Positions 34,913-48,830 are shown, counted from the first letter of the stretch. The stretch: 64,000 bases of DNA from the human T2T-CHM13v2.0 reference genome, Homo sapiens (GCF_009914755.1 NC_060931.1); one strand, 5' to 3'. Made by a program: numbers and translations. The notes: generated from the letters alone by a model not told the origin.

Positions 34913-37900
34913 AATGGGATAAGCTCATTGTGTGTCCATCCTCATGAACGCTTTCTGCCCAATTTCTGGTTTGCAGCTGTGTTCTTGCCAGTTTCAACCC
35001 TGCCCTGAAATCCAGTAACAGGACCTTGATAATCTGATGCCTTCTCCTATTTCCTCTTTAACCACCACAAAGACTTTGATGCTTAATATCAAAAACCAAA
35101 AATTCAAGAACAATCCAAGTGACCAACAATATGATAATACAGAAATGATCATTAAGCTACTATAAAGGCCAATGTAGAAAATGCTTACAGTATTGTATAA
35201 GAAAAACAAATGTCATATTTTTATTATGTTAGAGTTATAAGCATGTGAACAATATATGGGTTGAATAAAAAATAGAAAGTTGATAGTAAAAATTGGTATA
35301 TTTTAATATATACTAGAAATACAAAGATAATTATGCCACAAAATATAGCTAGAAGGTGTAAAGGAGGGAGGAAGAAGACAAGAAAGGAAAAGAAAACCCT
35401 TGCCTACACTATCCACTAAGGGCCCAAGCAATGCTTAGGTTGAGGACAACATGATTTTGCTCTAAGGAAAATTAAAGGAAATAAGCTAGGGAGCCTTCAA
35501 AGCCTTTCAGTGACCACAATACTAGGAAAATGTTTTTAAGAAGGAACTATAATGAGGGCAGAAATCAAAACAAACTATCATATTTGAATGTGGAAGAAGA
35601 CACAAGGGAAAAAATGCTTTAATCTCATATAATTAAAGTACTTAAGAGATTGTGTTGATTTTTCAGAATTAGCTTAGGATACCGAAGCTGGAAAAACAAA
35701 AGCCTTCATTAAAAGGAGCAATGCTTTCTGTGAATACCAGATAACTCTCATTTTTGAATGAATGCTAGACAAAAGCATGTACTCAATCACACATCATAAG
35801 AGTTGCTTTTTTTTTTGGCTTTCCTAATGTAATCACATAGTAGATGAAATTTCTCCTCAACAATATATAAGGATGGAGATAGAAAGCTACAGGACTTAAT
35901 TACACTTATATCTGCCACAGTGGAAAAAAGGTATCAAAACAGCATCAAAATGATAAGTTTAGGACGACTGACTGACCAACTACTTTGACCTATGGGGTGT
36001 CACTGTCTGTCAAAAAGCTATAACCAGCTTTTGGCATGAGGGGATATTTGAAACAAATAGTGAGATCACAACTTAAGATATACTAGTACTTAATGATAAT
36101 GGACGGTAACCCCAGCACAGCAAACAATGCATGTGTGAGTTCTCAAACAATGAGTCCAGTTCTTTAGGAAGCTATGACATTATATGCCAGATTGTGACAT
36201 TTGACAAAAGAAAGGTAATTTCACCATAAAACTGAGCAGTCTGACAAGAGAGACTGGGGAATGCTTGACTTGAAATTGCACACTGATGAGAACACAAGAG
36301 CTAGAAAAAAGGAGAGCTGACTAATGAAGAGATGGTAAAGAGGGCCATGGGTCTAGCAGCAGATCTGAAATGGGCAGATGAGTCTACATGATGAAATGGC
36401 AGGCAAGGGTCAACAGGAGGCAAAAGCGTAAAGTGAAGAAAGGATCCAGGTGAGGACCAGCATGCTTAGAAGGCATTATGAGCAGAGAGGCCCAACAAAA
36501 AGGGAAGCAAAGAATTCGAGATGAGTACCTATTGAGGCTGAAAGGAAACTGGGATAACCAGCAGAGACAGGATCATAGACGAGTTAGTTAGGAATCCAGT
36601 TTCCAGGCAACTGGGCACCAAGGTGAGCACAGGACCAAACACAAGCCCCAGCCACAGTGAGTCTGTAGCCTTCTGCTTCCAGAAGCTCCTCACACGGCCC
36701 CACTAGGGACAGGACGAGCCTCACCTGGAGGTGAGACTGAAGTTACAGGTTGGGGTTAACTGTTACAAGGCAAGAGGCAAAGAACTAGGGGAACAGGAAC
36801 ACAATCCAGATGTAACTAAGTTGGATTTCACATTTGTATGAAACTTTATCCTTTAAAATTAGTGGTAATCACGCCCTTTCATAGTTTTAAAGTTAAAAAA
36901 ACATCCCGCTTGCCCTTGACTCCAAATGAGATACTCAATGTTATGTTAAAAATCAGGATTCTTTGTTCACTACTACAACTCTCATTTCCAGGAGATGAAT
37001 CACCTAAACGACATATCTTTTCAATCACTTTTTATAAGAGTTTCCTTCTCAAAGAACATCTATAATATTCAAACTGTGAGAGGAATTAAAAATATCATGG
37101 GATATCCTGTTTTATCACATTAATGCACAGGAAATATTTTAGAAGACTGGCACTCAAATATTAGCACAGAAAACAATATTGCTTAACTAAATAGAAAAGT
37201 CTTTTTAAAAATACATCTATAGTAATGTATCCTAAGTTACATAGTTTATGCTCAGGGGCTCAGGTATAATGTATACAATCAAGAGTTTATCCAAAGTCAC
37301 ATCAGATAAAGGACAGGAAATCCAGGAAGTCTGATGTGATTAAAAAGGTCAGGCAAATATTTAAGTTTCAGAGACAAAGTGAGTGGGGAGGATTCACATA
37401 AGGCTGAAGAGATTGAGCAAACCTTGGATGTAAAGATAGACATGTGGCTTAAAACAACATCAAAATGAAAAAAGGTAAAAAAAAAAAATCATTTTATTCT
37501 AAGGCTCCTTTTTTGCATTTTTCCCCCTAGTTTTTAATCATCCTATAAGCTTATAGTACAGGCAAGATCAAGATGCTTTTGAGAGACTTAAAACTTCAAA
37601 TAAGGCTTCCTAGTCACTATTCCCTGCTGATAAGCCAAATAAATAACCTACATTCTCTATCACAAATCCCAGAAATGAGGGAGAAGAGGGGATACTGTCA
37701 TCAGTCAGAAGCAGGATAATAAACATAAAAGATCTGAAGTAATAAATACTTTTCTCTCATGTCCAGTAAGTGGTGGCTCAGCAAATTGCCCCCACCCATC
37801 TTTGGGCCCAGGTTTGTGTGTGCTAAGATGTGACCCCTGAAGAAGGGACCCAGGACTTATTCTAAGAGCAACCTCACACAAAGCAGCTTCTTGCCTAGCA

Positions 37901-39439
37901 TGAGATGGTCTCAAAAGAAAATGGGTAAAGGTTTGATGTCAGATAAAAAACAACCACAAGCGTGGCACTGCCAGCAACACAAAGCCAGAGTTGGATGCTC
38001 TCAGGAAGAAATCTTCCAAAAATGATGGCAATGAAAACTGGAAAACATCCACACAAGAGAGTTAATTTTAAACTCTTGCCAACCCCGGAGTATGAAAATG
38101 CCATATGGCATCAGTCTTTCTTGAGTGGCACTGCCCTTTCTCCATTCTCCTCGCTACATCCCCTCAGGAGTCACACACCAGGCCAGCAAGCTTGGGTTGA
38201 AAAGCCCTCCACATCAACTATCCCACTGCAGGCTTCCAGCCTAGAGCAGGTTCACATGCACAGGGGAGAGTCTTCAACTTTAAATGCAGTTTGGGCTTTT
38301 AACTATGACATAGCACAGGACATGAATTATTGAAATAGTCTTTTGGGGGCTACAAGCAACAGGAAAACTTGATAAATTGTCCATGTTATTACCCAAGCAA
38401 AGTTATGGCACCAATCTGAGATTCCATCCAAAGGGGAAGGTTGGTCAAAAAGTACTAAAAGGGATAGAGAGGGAAACACAAAATAGCGTTATGATTGCTC
38501 GCCAACACGGTGGTCCCTCATTCAACACAATGGTTAAAATCACATCAAAGAGGAAAACTGAAGCATCTATGTATTCTAAAAATTAAGGAGTAAGAAAATA
38601 TGATGAGTTCTGGCTGTTTATCTGTAAGATTTCACAGTTAAAATTCTAAAACATTTATTGTAATGCAGGGTACTAAATGGCAAACATTGCATCTTACATA
38701 TTCCATTTAGCCATATTAAAATTAAAGTGCTAAGGATGTTCAAATATTAAGTGATAAAGGTATTACAAAATCTAGTAAGCAAGGTTTATTCATCTCTACT
38801 CCAAGGAATAAAAAGATATAAAACTGATTTAACAACCCAGTGCAAGAAAAATAGCTGTAAAGATTGTACACTAAATTGCAAACTAAAGCAAAAGGTATAA
38901 ATCTCTGATATAACAAGAAAATCACTGTAAATACTTTACAAATTTTGCAAGTTTTTATGAGTGTGCTTTGTACATTTCAAAAGTAAACTTTAGGCTGAAT
39001 TTGGTTAGCTACAAAAGTGGTGTTACACAGGCAAACTAAAGCCAAGAATGAGGTATTTGAAATGCCACCTCAGATTATTTAATTGAACTATATATTTATA
39101 TTCAGATTCAGCATTAAAATTAATATACAGATAAAGGAATTGCAATATTAGTTATAAAGCAGAAGACTATGTTGTGGCAACTCTTTAAATATAGGAGCCA
39201 ATAATTTTAAGGAAGAGGCTGCCCAGTTATTTACATCTCGATAAGGAGCAAGGAAGAGTGAATAGGCTGAGCACACAAAAATGAGGTCCCAGGAAACAAA
39301 ACACAAAAGTACTAAAGCTGATTAAGTGGTAAGGACAATAACAGCTCTCTTTCACTTCCTGAGATGATCTTCAAGCTGGCACCACTCCCTTATAGAAGTA
39401 TGCCATGCTGTGCATGACCCTGCAGCAAATCTCTACCAA

Positions 39440-40009
<570 letters not shown>

Positions 40010-42336
40010 TGATTAAACTCCTTTCAACTCTGATGAGTCTTTTACTTTCTTCAATAATTATGTGTTCAGCTCTGTGTCTTTGGCCATTTTATTGTATTGT
40101 TCTCATACCATTAGTTTGTTATATAAAAATGGCCAAAACATACAAAGCCTTTGCTGTAGCTACTTAGATTTTTTTTTTTCTTGTCATCATTAACAACAGT
40201 TCTATGGGAAAGATACTAAGCTTATGGCGTGGGAAAACTTAGATTTTCCAAAGTAAATTTGCCTTAGCTCACATTTCTAGAACATTGTGAAGATTCAGTG
40301 CAAACCCACATAGTCTTACTGGTTACTGCTCCGAACTCATACTTACTTAGATTTTAATCTCCTTAATGCAAATTGTTTCACATATGGAAAGGAACAAAAA
40401 ATACAATAGGAGTAGCTGTGGTTAGAATGGTTGATAGCATGTATTAAAGTACTTGTTAAACAAATGTGGTTGAAAGCAATACGGTAGCAAAGCCAGTAAA
40501 ACATCATCCTATATGAAAACAGCAATAATAGGTGGGAACAAAAGAAAACTAATCTTCTAGAGCAACTGCATGGTGATTTGCCAGGACAGAAGGTTTGAAC
40601 CTGATCTCATTAGAACACTCAACTCTTTGCCTATGGCTAAGTTTCATCATCATATGCAATATTTTGCCTATAGCTAATGTCTTAATCTTATTAGAATACT
40701 CAACATTTTGCCTTTAGCTAAGGTCTTGTAGTTTTAGGAATGTCTCTGATAAAAGCAATGCTCTTACTCTCAAGCCTAGCAACCAGCATAACTAAGAGAG
40801 GAGTACCCAGTAAGGCAGTGTTGCAGGAAGACAAACCCTTCCTCTGCGACAGAGCCCACAGAGGTCACTGCTGGAACAATGGGGAAAGGAGAAACTGAAT
40901 CTCTCCTCAATTTCAAAGGAAAGATTCAAGAGGAAATAGGGCCCTCCTTAAATTGGCAAACACTTGCACAGCCTCCTAGGGAAGAGCCCATTTATCTACA
41001 GGCTACCATGGCCAGGTCTAGGCTGAACGTTCTCACAGTAGAGGAGCCAGGACCCCCAAAGGCTCTAAAATATTCAAGATCAGATGCTATCAGTATCTGT
41101 CCCTGGTTGGTGAAAAATAAAGAACTTTTATAAAGCTAAAAAGGATCAGATACTAGAAAGAGGCAAAACTGCGATTCAAACATATGCCACAGCCTCAAAT
41201 GCCTGTTTTTTCCCCATTATACTGTGTTTCATTCTCTCATTCAGAGGTTACTTCAGGTTAAAATAAGTATTTCCATGTTAATGGACTGTATTAGTATCTT
41301 GCATCTGTGTGTAAAATGCCATGACGTCTCTGACTTTTTCCCCAAGAGTTTCAGACACCTAAGTAACCGGCAGCTTCAAGCAACTCACATAAAATAAGGA
41401 AGATGGGAAAGGGAGAGGAACTACATCTAGGAACCTGGGGATTTACACAGAAAAGCTATCTTTCTGAAGACTTTACTAAGAAAAAAAATGCTCCTGAAGT
41501 ATTTTGGAACAGCTTTTCATATTCTATTAAGAGTTTTCATGCAAAGGCATGAAACCAGCTTTCCAAAGTCCCAGGCAGGTTAATGAACAATTACTAAACC
41601 TTTCAATCTTCTGATTCTAAAGTTTCCATTTGAAGACTAAGGGCAAAATTCAACCTAAACTTAGTCTCCTTACTAAACTATACACGGACAACTCAGAAAT
41701 TTGCATTTATATCAAAGATTAGCTTAATTAAGCATGTTGGTTGCCCACTATTTTTCATAAACACAAACCTGACTGATGTTTATCAAAAAATTTTAAGCTT
41801 TGTTTACAAAGAACGTTGGAACATTCTGAAGCTCTCCTCAATCTGTAAAATATCTGGAGGAAACTATTTTTTCACTTATATTTAATTTGCTTAGTCAAAA
41901 ATCACCAAAAAACATTTTAATTTGCATTTTACCAAGCCTCTTTTAAAATATTCTTAGGGCATAGAAGAATTCTGAAAGCTTGGTTATTTGTACTCAGGAC
42001 ATCAGAAATGCCACTGCCATAGATTTCCAAGGACGTTTCCTTGGTAAAGTCACAAAGTTCATAAACTATGGAGCTTCTCAGTCTCTGCGGTCCCCAGCTG
42101 TCCGCAACATCTTTATCACCTATTCACACTTTCCAAGCAAAGTGAAAACAGAGTCTGTGCGTTAAGGAATGTTGATTTAACAAATTGTTATTAAGCATTT
42201 ATATGTTTACTACTGTAGCCAGCTGCTATGGCTGCTATAAAAGAGGCATTTGATTGGGTCTTTGCATTCAAGGAGCTTTCAATTTAAAAAGCCAATACTA
42301 TTTCTCAGTAGAAGCTCCAACAATGGCCAGTAAAAA

Positions 42337-43450
42337 CTGTCCCCAAGCCAGCCCCCAGCCCTCTCCCTTTACATCATCCCTCAGCACCATCAACTATGAT
42401 GAGTTTCCCACTATGGTGTTTCCTTCTGGGCAGATCTCAAGCCAGGCCTCAGCTTTGGCCCCAGCCCCTGCCCCAACCATGGCATCAGCTCTGGCCCAGG
42501 CCCCAGCTCCTGGCCCAGTACTAGCCCCAGGCTTTCCTCAAGCTATGGGCCCACCTGCCCCCAAGCCTGCCTAGGCTGGGGAAGGAACAGAAGGCCCTGC
42601 TGCATCTGCAGTTTGATGATGAAGACCTGGGGGCCTTGCTTGGCAACAGCACAGACCCAGCTGTGTTCACAGACCTGGCATCCATCAACAACTCCGAGTT
42701 TTAGCAACTGCTGAACAGGGCGTATCTGTGGCTTCCCACACAACTAAGCCCATGCTGATAGAGTACCCTGAGGCTATAACTCGCCAAGTGACAGGGACCC
42801 AGAGGCCCCCTGACCCAGCTCCTGCTCCACTGGGGGCCCCAGGACTCCCCAGCAGCCTCCTTTCAGGGGATGAAGACTTCTCCTCCAATGCAGACATGGA
42901 CTTCTCAGCCCTGCTGTGTCAGATCACCACCTAGGGGGGTGACACCTTCCCTCCCCAGAGCACTGGGTTGCAGTGGATTGAATCCCTCCCAAAGCACTTA
43001 TGGATTCTTCTGAGGTGTGCTCCAACTGCCTCCAGCTTTGGAGATGTCTTCCTTGTGGCAGGGGGGCGGGGAGCACATTTTATTCTTTTATTGGCAATAT
43101 CTGTATCTCTCCCTCTTTTTGGAGGTGCTTAAGCAGAAGTATTAACTTGTCTGGAAAGAAGGGAGCTGGGGAAACTCAAACTCTTTCTTCCCCTATCCTG
43201 ATGGTCAGCTCCCTTCTCTGTAGGGAACTCTGGGGGTCCCCCATCCCCATCCTCCAGCTTCTAGTACTCTCCTAGAGAGAAGAGCAGGCTGGAGCTAAGG
43301 CCTTTTAGTCCACAAAGCCTTATTATCAAGTGTCTTCCATCATGGATTCATTACACCTTGATCAAAATAATGCCCCAGTTACCAGCTCCTCTATGGCACT
43401 GGCATTGTCCCTGTGGCTAACACCAGCATTTAAGGGGCTGGCCCTCCTGC
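42337..43450 (+). pseudogene. RELA: RELA (NF-kB p65) processed pseudogene fragment: C-terminal transactivation region plus ~515 nt of 3' UTR
   Basis: Translates as [89 protein letters not shown]. The 3' UTR matches RELA. Stops at 42572 and 42702, plus frameshifts. Appears to cross the last exon junction (ccaagccag|c) with no intron. The symbol names the parent gene. Confidence 0.96.
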
Positions 43451-43662
43451 TTTGCAACCCAGTTTAGTAGATGTTCTCTGTTCACCCTAGCAATATTCTT
43501 ACCCTGCCCAGCATATGGCAGCTGGTAAGCACTGGCCAAGTATCTCTCTACTCCCACTAAGACCAGCTAAGTTGTATGCCTACAATGAGATAGTTGTGTC
43601 TCCCAACTCACATATGTCACTTATCACTGTAATGAGTTATAATTACTAATATTTCAATATCA

Positions 43663-44060
43663 TGTGCATTCATTTGGGTTGCCAAGAAGCAAACACTACA
43701 CAAAATTAAACATGCAAAAGACATCTTGCAGTAGGGAACAGGAGAAGGCAGGGAGCACTCTCAGAACAAGGTGCAGGTGTGATGTCTACAGAAGGAAAGA
43801 GGGAAGATATGAGAATTGGACTACAGTGCAGTCCCCAGGGATGTTCAACTGGGCCACTGAGGAGTCCTTGAGCTTAAAGTCACTCAATAGAGGACAGGAA
43901 TGGGTCTAGCTGTCCCTTCTGTGCCCAATCACTGGCTCAGGAAAGTCCACAGAAACCATGGCCTCAGAGTGAAGGTGGACTCAGAGGAGCAGCAGTTCAG
44001 CTATCAATTATGCTTCCCACAGCAGGAAGCCTGAGGGGTGCATTCTTCCTTGTTGCAGCA
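43663..44060 (-). mobile_element. ERVL LTR16A-like solo LTR
   Basis: agaagcaaacac...aggcagggagcactctcaga...caatcactggct...gctatcaattatgcttcccacagcagg. Confidence 0.65.
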
Positions 44061-44102
44061 TGTAAACCAGTACTAAAAATAATAGCTAAGACTTAATGAA
44101 CC

Positions 44103-44467
44103 TGTATTAGTCTGCTCTCATGCTGCTAATAAAGACATACCCAAGACTGGGTAATTTATCAGTAAGAAGAGGTTTGATGAACTCACAGTTCCATGTGGCT
44201 GGGGAGGCCACACAATCATGGCGGAAGAGGAAGAAAGAGCAAAGGGACAACTTATATGGCAACAGTCAAGAGAGTGTGTGCAGGGAAACTCCTCTTTATA
44301 AAACCATCAGATCTCATGAGACTTATTCACTATCATGAGAACAGCATGGGAAAGACCCAACCCCGTGATTCAATTACCTCCCACTAGATCCCTCCCACAA
44401 CACATGGGAATTATGGGAGCTACAACTCAAGATGAGATTTGGGTGGGAACACAGCCAAGCCATATCA
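44103..44467 (-). mobile_element. THE1 (B/C-like) solo LTR inserted in a MIR
   Basis: tgtattagtc...ccatatca ends, 365 bp. TSD gaacc/gagcc. MIR sequence on both sides, to about 44640. Confidence 0.92.
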
Positions 44468-44849
44468 GAGCCCTTACTGTATAGACTATTTAAAGCATCT
44501 TTCATGCATCAATGTAATACTCATAGCCACACAGACATGGGTACTATTATCACCCCTATATACAAACCAGGAAACTGAGGCATAAGCCATGGTCAAACAG
44601 CTAGTAAGCGGCAGAACTGTAATTTGAATCCAGAAGTCTTTACTGACTCAAAAATTTAAGTGAAAAAGTTTTTTTCTATTAAAAATGAAGTTAAACATTT
44701 TGGAAAGACTCACTAAAAGCAAGCTGATAAATTATTGCTGTCACATTAAATATAATTAACACAACTGAAAAAGATTAGGGGAATGAAATCTTAAGAATCT
44801 AGGAAGGACTCTACCTAGGAGATCTAGGAACTCATTCAATGGTACCTGA

Positions 44850-45500
44850 ATTCAACTGTTCATTCAACTACAACATGTGCTAGACATTGTTCTATGAACA
44901 AAACTGACAGGAGAATTTTTAAAAATCTCTGCCCTCATGCAGCTTACATTTATGTGTGTCAAGGGGGAAGATAATGAATGTGTTGTATAGTATATTAAGA
45001 GGTAATTAGTGCAAAACAGGGAAGGAAAGTAGAAAGCTTACAGATGGGTAGAAGTGTATGTGGGTGGGGCAGGGTGTGGTAGCAACTTTAAATAGGGAGG
45101 CCAGGGAAAGCCTCATTGAGTTAATGGTTGAGCAAAGGCAAAGGAGGTGAGGGAGAGATGCCTGGGGAAGGAACTTTCAGGTACAGAGAACAGTAAGAAT
45201 GAAGGCAAAGGTAGGAACATGCTGGCAGTTCCACGAACAGCAAAGAGGCAAGTTTTAGCTGGAGCAGAGAGAGCAAGGGGGAGAGGTGGGAGGACAGATC
45301 ATGTAGGGTCTGGTGTGCCACTATAAACACTTACGCTTTTACTGGGAGTGAGATGGAACCCACTGGAGGTCATGAACAGAGAAGCAATCCGACTTCTGTT
45401 ATAACGGAATCCCTCTGACTACATATAGAGAACAGATAAGGGTTGGGGATGGTAAGGATGGAAGCAGAAAAACAAATTTAGGAGGCTACTGCAGAATCCT
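44850..45500 (-). mobile_element. L2 (L2a-like)
   Basis: ctctgccctcatgcagcttacatt, aaatagggaggccagggaaagcctcattgag, cagatcatgtagggtct. Confidence 0.8.
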
Positions 45501-45664
45501 ACATGCAGACTGCTTTGCAATCTCCACTTCGAAAATCCACCATAAAAAAATCTAAAATGTTAATGATAGAAAGTGCATTAGGGAAGTGACTTGCATTAGG
45601 AAAATAATGCATGACTATAATCATAGGAACCACAGTTAAGGAAAAGGCCTTGGCCTCAGTGCCA

Positions 45665-46211
45665 GTCCTCTGTTTGGTCTCCCATCTATTCTCCTCCCTC
45701 CTATTTCACATGACTGAACCCTATAAACTACAGTCCTAGACAGCTGGCTTCTGATGTCAATAGACAAATGAGATACTAGCAGGAGATCAGATAAACGAGG
45801 AAGAAAAAGGTCAGGGTATTTCTCCCCCTGCCTCCTCTACTCCATGTGGCATTTGCAGAGTGGCCACATCCTCCATTATTCCAGCCCCCTGTGGGGTACA
45901 CCCTCCATGGTTCCAATTACCCCTGGGTGGCCCAGATCCCGGGTTCTGCTCTCACCAAGCAGCTCCTGTGCTGTAGCTGAGTTCGCACCAGGCAGCTCCC
46001 TTGTTGGCTCTGATAACAACTCCTCCCTTTGTTGCTTTAGCCCAAAGGGTGGTAATGGCTACCTGCAGTTGGTAACCTCTGGAATATATAACAGATCCCT
46101 ATTTGTTCTTTTAGCTTTTTCAATACCTTTGTAATTAGCTCCCTATACCAAATCCCCCTATTGAACCACTTGGTGATGTTTTGTTTTTCTGACTAGATCC
46201 TGACTAATATA
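45665..46211 (+). mobile_element. ERVL LTR33/LTR41-like solo LTR
   Basis: ctagcaggagatcag...ggtcagggtatttctcccc...gggtggtaatggct...tcctgactaatata. Confidence 0.55.
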
Positions 46212-46648
46212 CCCTTACATCAAGAGTCACAAATGAATGTACATGTATGTAACTGTTTAAATCTTGAAGATATGCATACATTGTTCTGTATGATCCATAA
46301 TATTCATATCAAATCCTTCCCAGGGGAATTAGGCTGGAGGAGTGACAGGAGAGATGGAAGAAGAGAGGGGAAGCAGGAGCGAAAAGCGGATGTGGGGAAG
46401 GGAGCAGGAGAAAAGGTAGAGGGGCATGTAGTACATGCCAAAGCTTCAGCGCTTTGCAAGCATTCTCTTACTTGGCGCCCAAGGCAAAGTCCCAGAAGCT
46501 CCTTCTACTGTGGGGAGGAGTCCCTGATAGAAAACGCCAGCCCTGTCCTTCCTTCAAAGAGCCTACAGCAATTCGTTAACACCAACAGACTCCAGGCCAT
46601 AGTAACTGCTGGAGCGATGTCCTCGGAGCTGCCAGAAATGAAGGTCTT

Positions 46649-46950
46649 AGCTGGGCGTGGTGGCTCATGCCTACATTCTCAGCATTTTGGGAGGCTGAGG
46701 CGGGTGGATAACTTGAGGCCAGGAGTTTGACACCAGCCTAGGTAACGTGGCGAAACCTGGTCTCCACAAAAAATACAAAAATTGGCCAAGAGTGGTGGGT
46801 GACTCGTGCCTGTAGTCCCAGCTTCCCAGCTACTTGGGAAGCAAGATGGAAGAATCACTTGAGCCCTGGAGGTTGAGGCTGTAGTGAGCCATGATCATGC
46901 CGCTGCGCTCCAGCCTGGGTGACACAGTGAAGTCCTGTCTCAGAAAAAAA
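46649..46950 (+). mobile_element. AluJ
   Basis: J-type ttgaggccaggag and gaggctgtagtgagccatgatc. Perfect 15-bp TSD agaaatgaaggtctt at 46634-46648 and 46951-46965. Confidence 0.93.
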
Positions 46951-48439
46951 AGAAATGAAGGTCTTGCGTTCACTGCCTTCTACTCACAGTATTCAATAAT
47001 GAGAAAGTCAAAGAAGAGGAAGCAGATGAACAGAAAAGGCAGTAGAGAGAAACTTGAGCCACTGAGGTGTCAACTCAAAGACACCATCCTAATTTACAAT
47101 AGAATATCACCAAACATCACACCAGGTATCATGTTGCCTAGCTGTGCCAGAACAAGGTGTGCTGCACACATGCAAGGACAAGAGAGGCTCCCGTGAGCAA
47201 CCTCAGGACTAATGCTTTTTATTGTTGCAGGTAAGTAATATGCATTAACAATCATAGACAATTTAGCTTCAAGTGTGAGCAGCCAGCAAAAGCTTCCATA
47301 CAAAAACACAAAAGGTGATAGTCTTCCAAAAGTGTTTGGTATAAAGGAAATGCTGAATCAACCCGAGGAACAGGTACTCTCACTGACATGAAAACACTGT
47401 TTCAGCACTATAGGTATTAGATACTACTTAGTTTAATTCAAAAAGGAATCATGCCCTTCAAAATCATAATATAAAAGGACATCACTATATTTGTGTAAGA
47501 CCTAAAAAATTAGATAATGTTTACTGATTTGTTATATATATGAAAATATAACCCATACAAATATAACCCATAAAAGCCTTCAAATTACTTAAAAGCCTTT
47601 CTCCCTGGAGAGGAAGTAGTTTGTGGCAGAGACTGAAAGCTTTTTAAAGTGTGACTTTGATCCCCATCTGCTGTAGTCAGGGTGGGAGAAGAACACTGAT
47701 GGGACAAAAAGCAAGACCCTAGAAAAGAGGGTTGCTATTTTCCTGGAGGGATCATTTCTTTAGTATAGTAGTAGTATTCATTAGCAGTATTCTGCCTGGA
47801 AGCCAGTTCTTCCTATATCAAATTGTGGACACGAAGAAAGGAAGGGAGCAGCCACTGAAAGTGAGAGGTACTATACACACATTAATTTATTTATCCTAAT
47901 AGCAATCCATTACCTGATACAATAAGGTACATACAGAGAAAGGTTGAAAAATGTGGTTATTGTCATACTTCTAATAATATAGTCTGGAATTCAACTTCCA
48001 AACACAAATAAAGTGTCCTTCCATTCACACTATAAGCACACCCAAGAAAATTCTAAGGGCAATTTAAAAAATAACAGTGGCAAATTTGCCCAGGATGGTA
48101 GGATGTCATGGGGAGTCTGACCCTGTGGCTGGTAGGGGCAAAGTATGGTCTTGAAAGAAGAATGTGAAATAAGACATAATGAATGAAATTTGGAAAACAA
48201 GAGATGCCATGGAAACAGCAGGAAAAGCCTAGAAACAGGAATTTTTAAGTCCTTTAGACATACGACTGAATATGAAAAGAATGCAGACTGCTTCTACATC
48301 TATCTCGAGCCCTGACAACTTCTTTTAAATTCTAGGCACTATTTTCCATTGCAGAAGTCTCTTCCACAAACATGGTCAAAATTAAATTTATTATCTGCCT
48401 CCTTGTTTGCATATTTTTGGTGACTTAACTCTCATTCCA

Positions 48440-48830
48440 AATCCCTTCTCCTCTCTTTTCCTCCAGGACAGAGACTGGTCATGCAAATATTAATACCCCA
48501 GTCTTCCTACAGCTACAGTTTGCCTGCAAGATGTAAAAAGAAGTTGAGGTGGGGAGGGGTGCTCCCTGTCCATAAGAAAGTGTCTCTGTGATGGAGCCCA
48601 TGGCCCCTTCCCCCTTCCTTCTGCCTGGAACATAGATACCTTTGCAGGCAGTTGTAATCATGGAAGCAAAAGCCTCATGCTAGGGATGGAAGAGCAGGAA
48701 AACAGGCAGAAGCTGCTTTATGATGGTGTCACTGAGCCAACATCCCACTCCCTGTGTTCTTGTGAAGTAAGCCCAGTGGTTTAAGTTACTATTAGACATG
48801 CTTTCTGTTCAGAGCCAACATAAGCCTCAT
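48440..48830 (+). mobile_element. Old MLT1-like LTR within L2 fragments
   Basis: aaagcctcatgctagggatggaagagcagga...tgatggtgtcactgagcc...ggtttaagttacta. Confidence 0.45.

Noticed and set aside
40604-40728. CRISPR-like repeat-spacer appearance
   Set aside because: Primate DNA, short degenerate repeats, related spacers and no cas genes.
42254-42934. Possible functional RELA gene or paralogue
   Set aside because: No Rel homology domain, two in-frame stops, frameshifts and no introns.
46423-46439. Palindrome GGCATGTA-G-TACATGCC resembling a p53 site
   Set aside because: CATG cores are 5 nt apart rather than 6 and the flanks mismatch. About one 8-bp-arm palindrome per spacer length is expected by chance in 64 kb.
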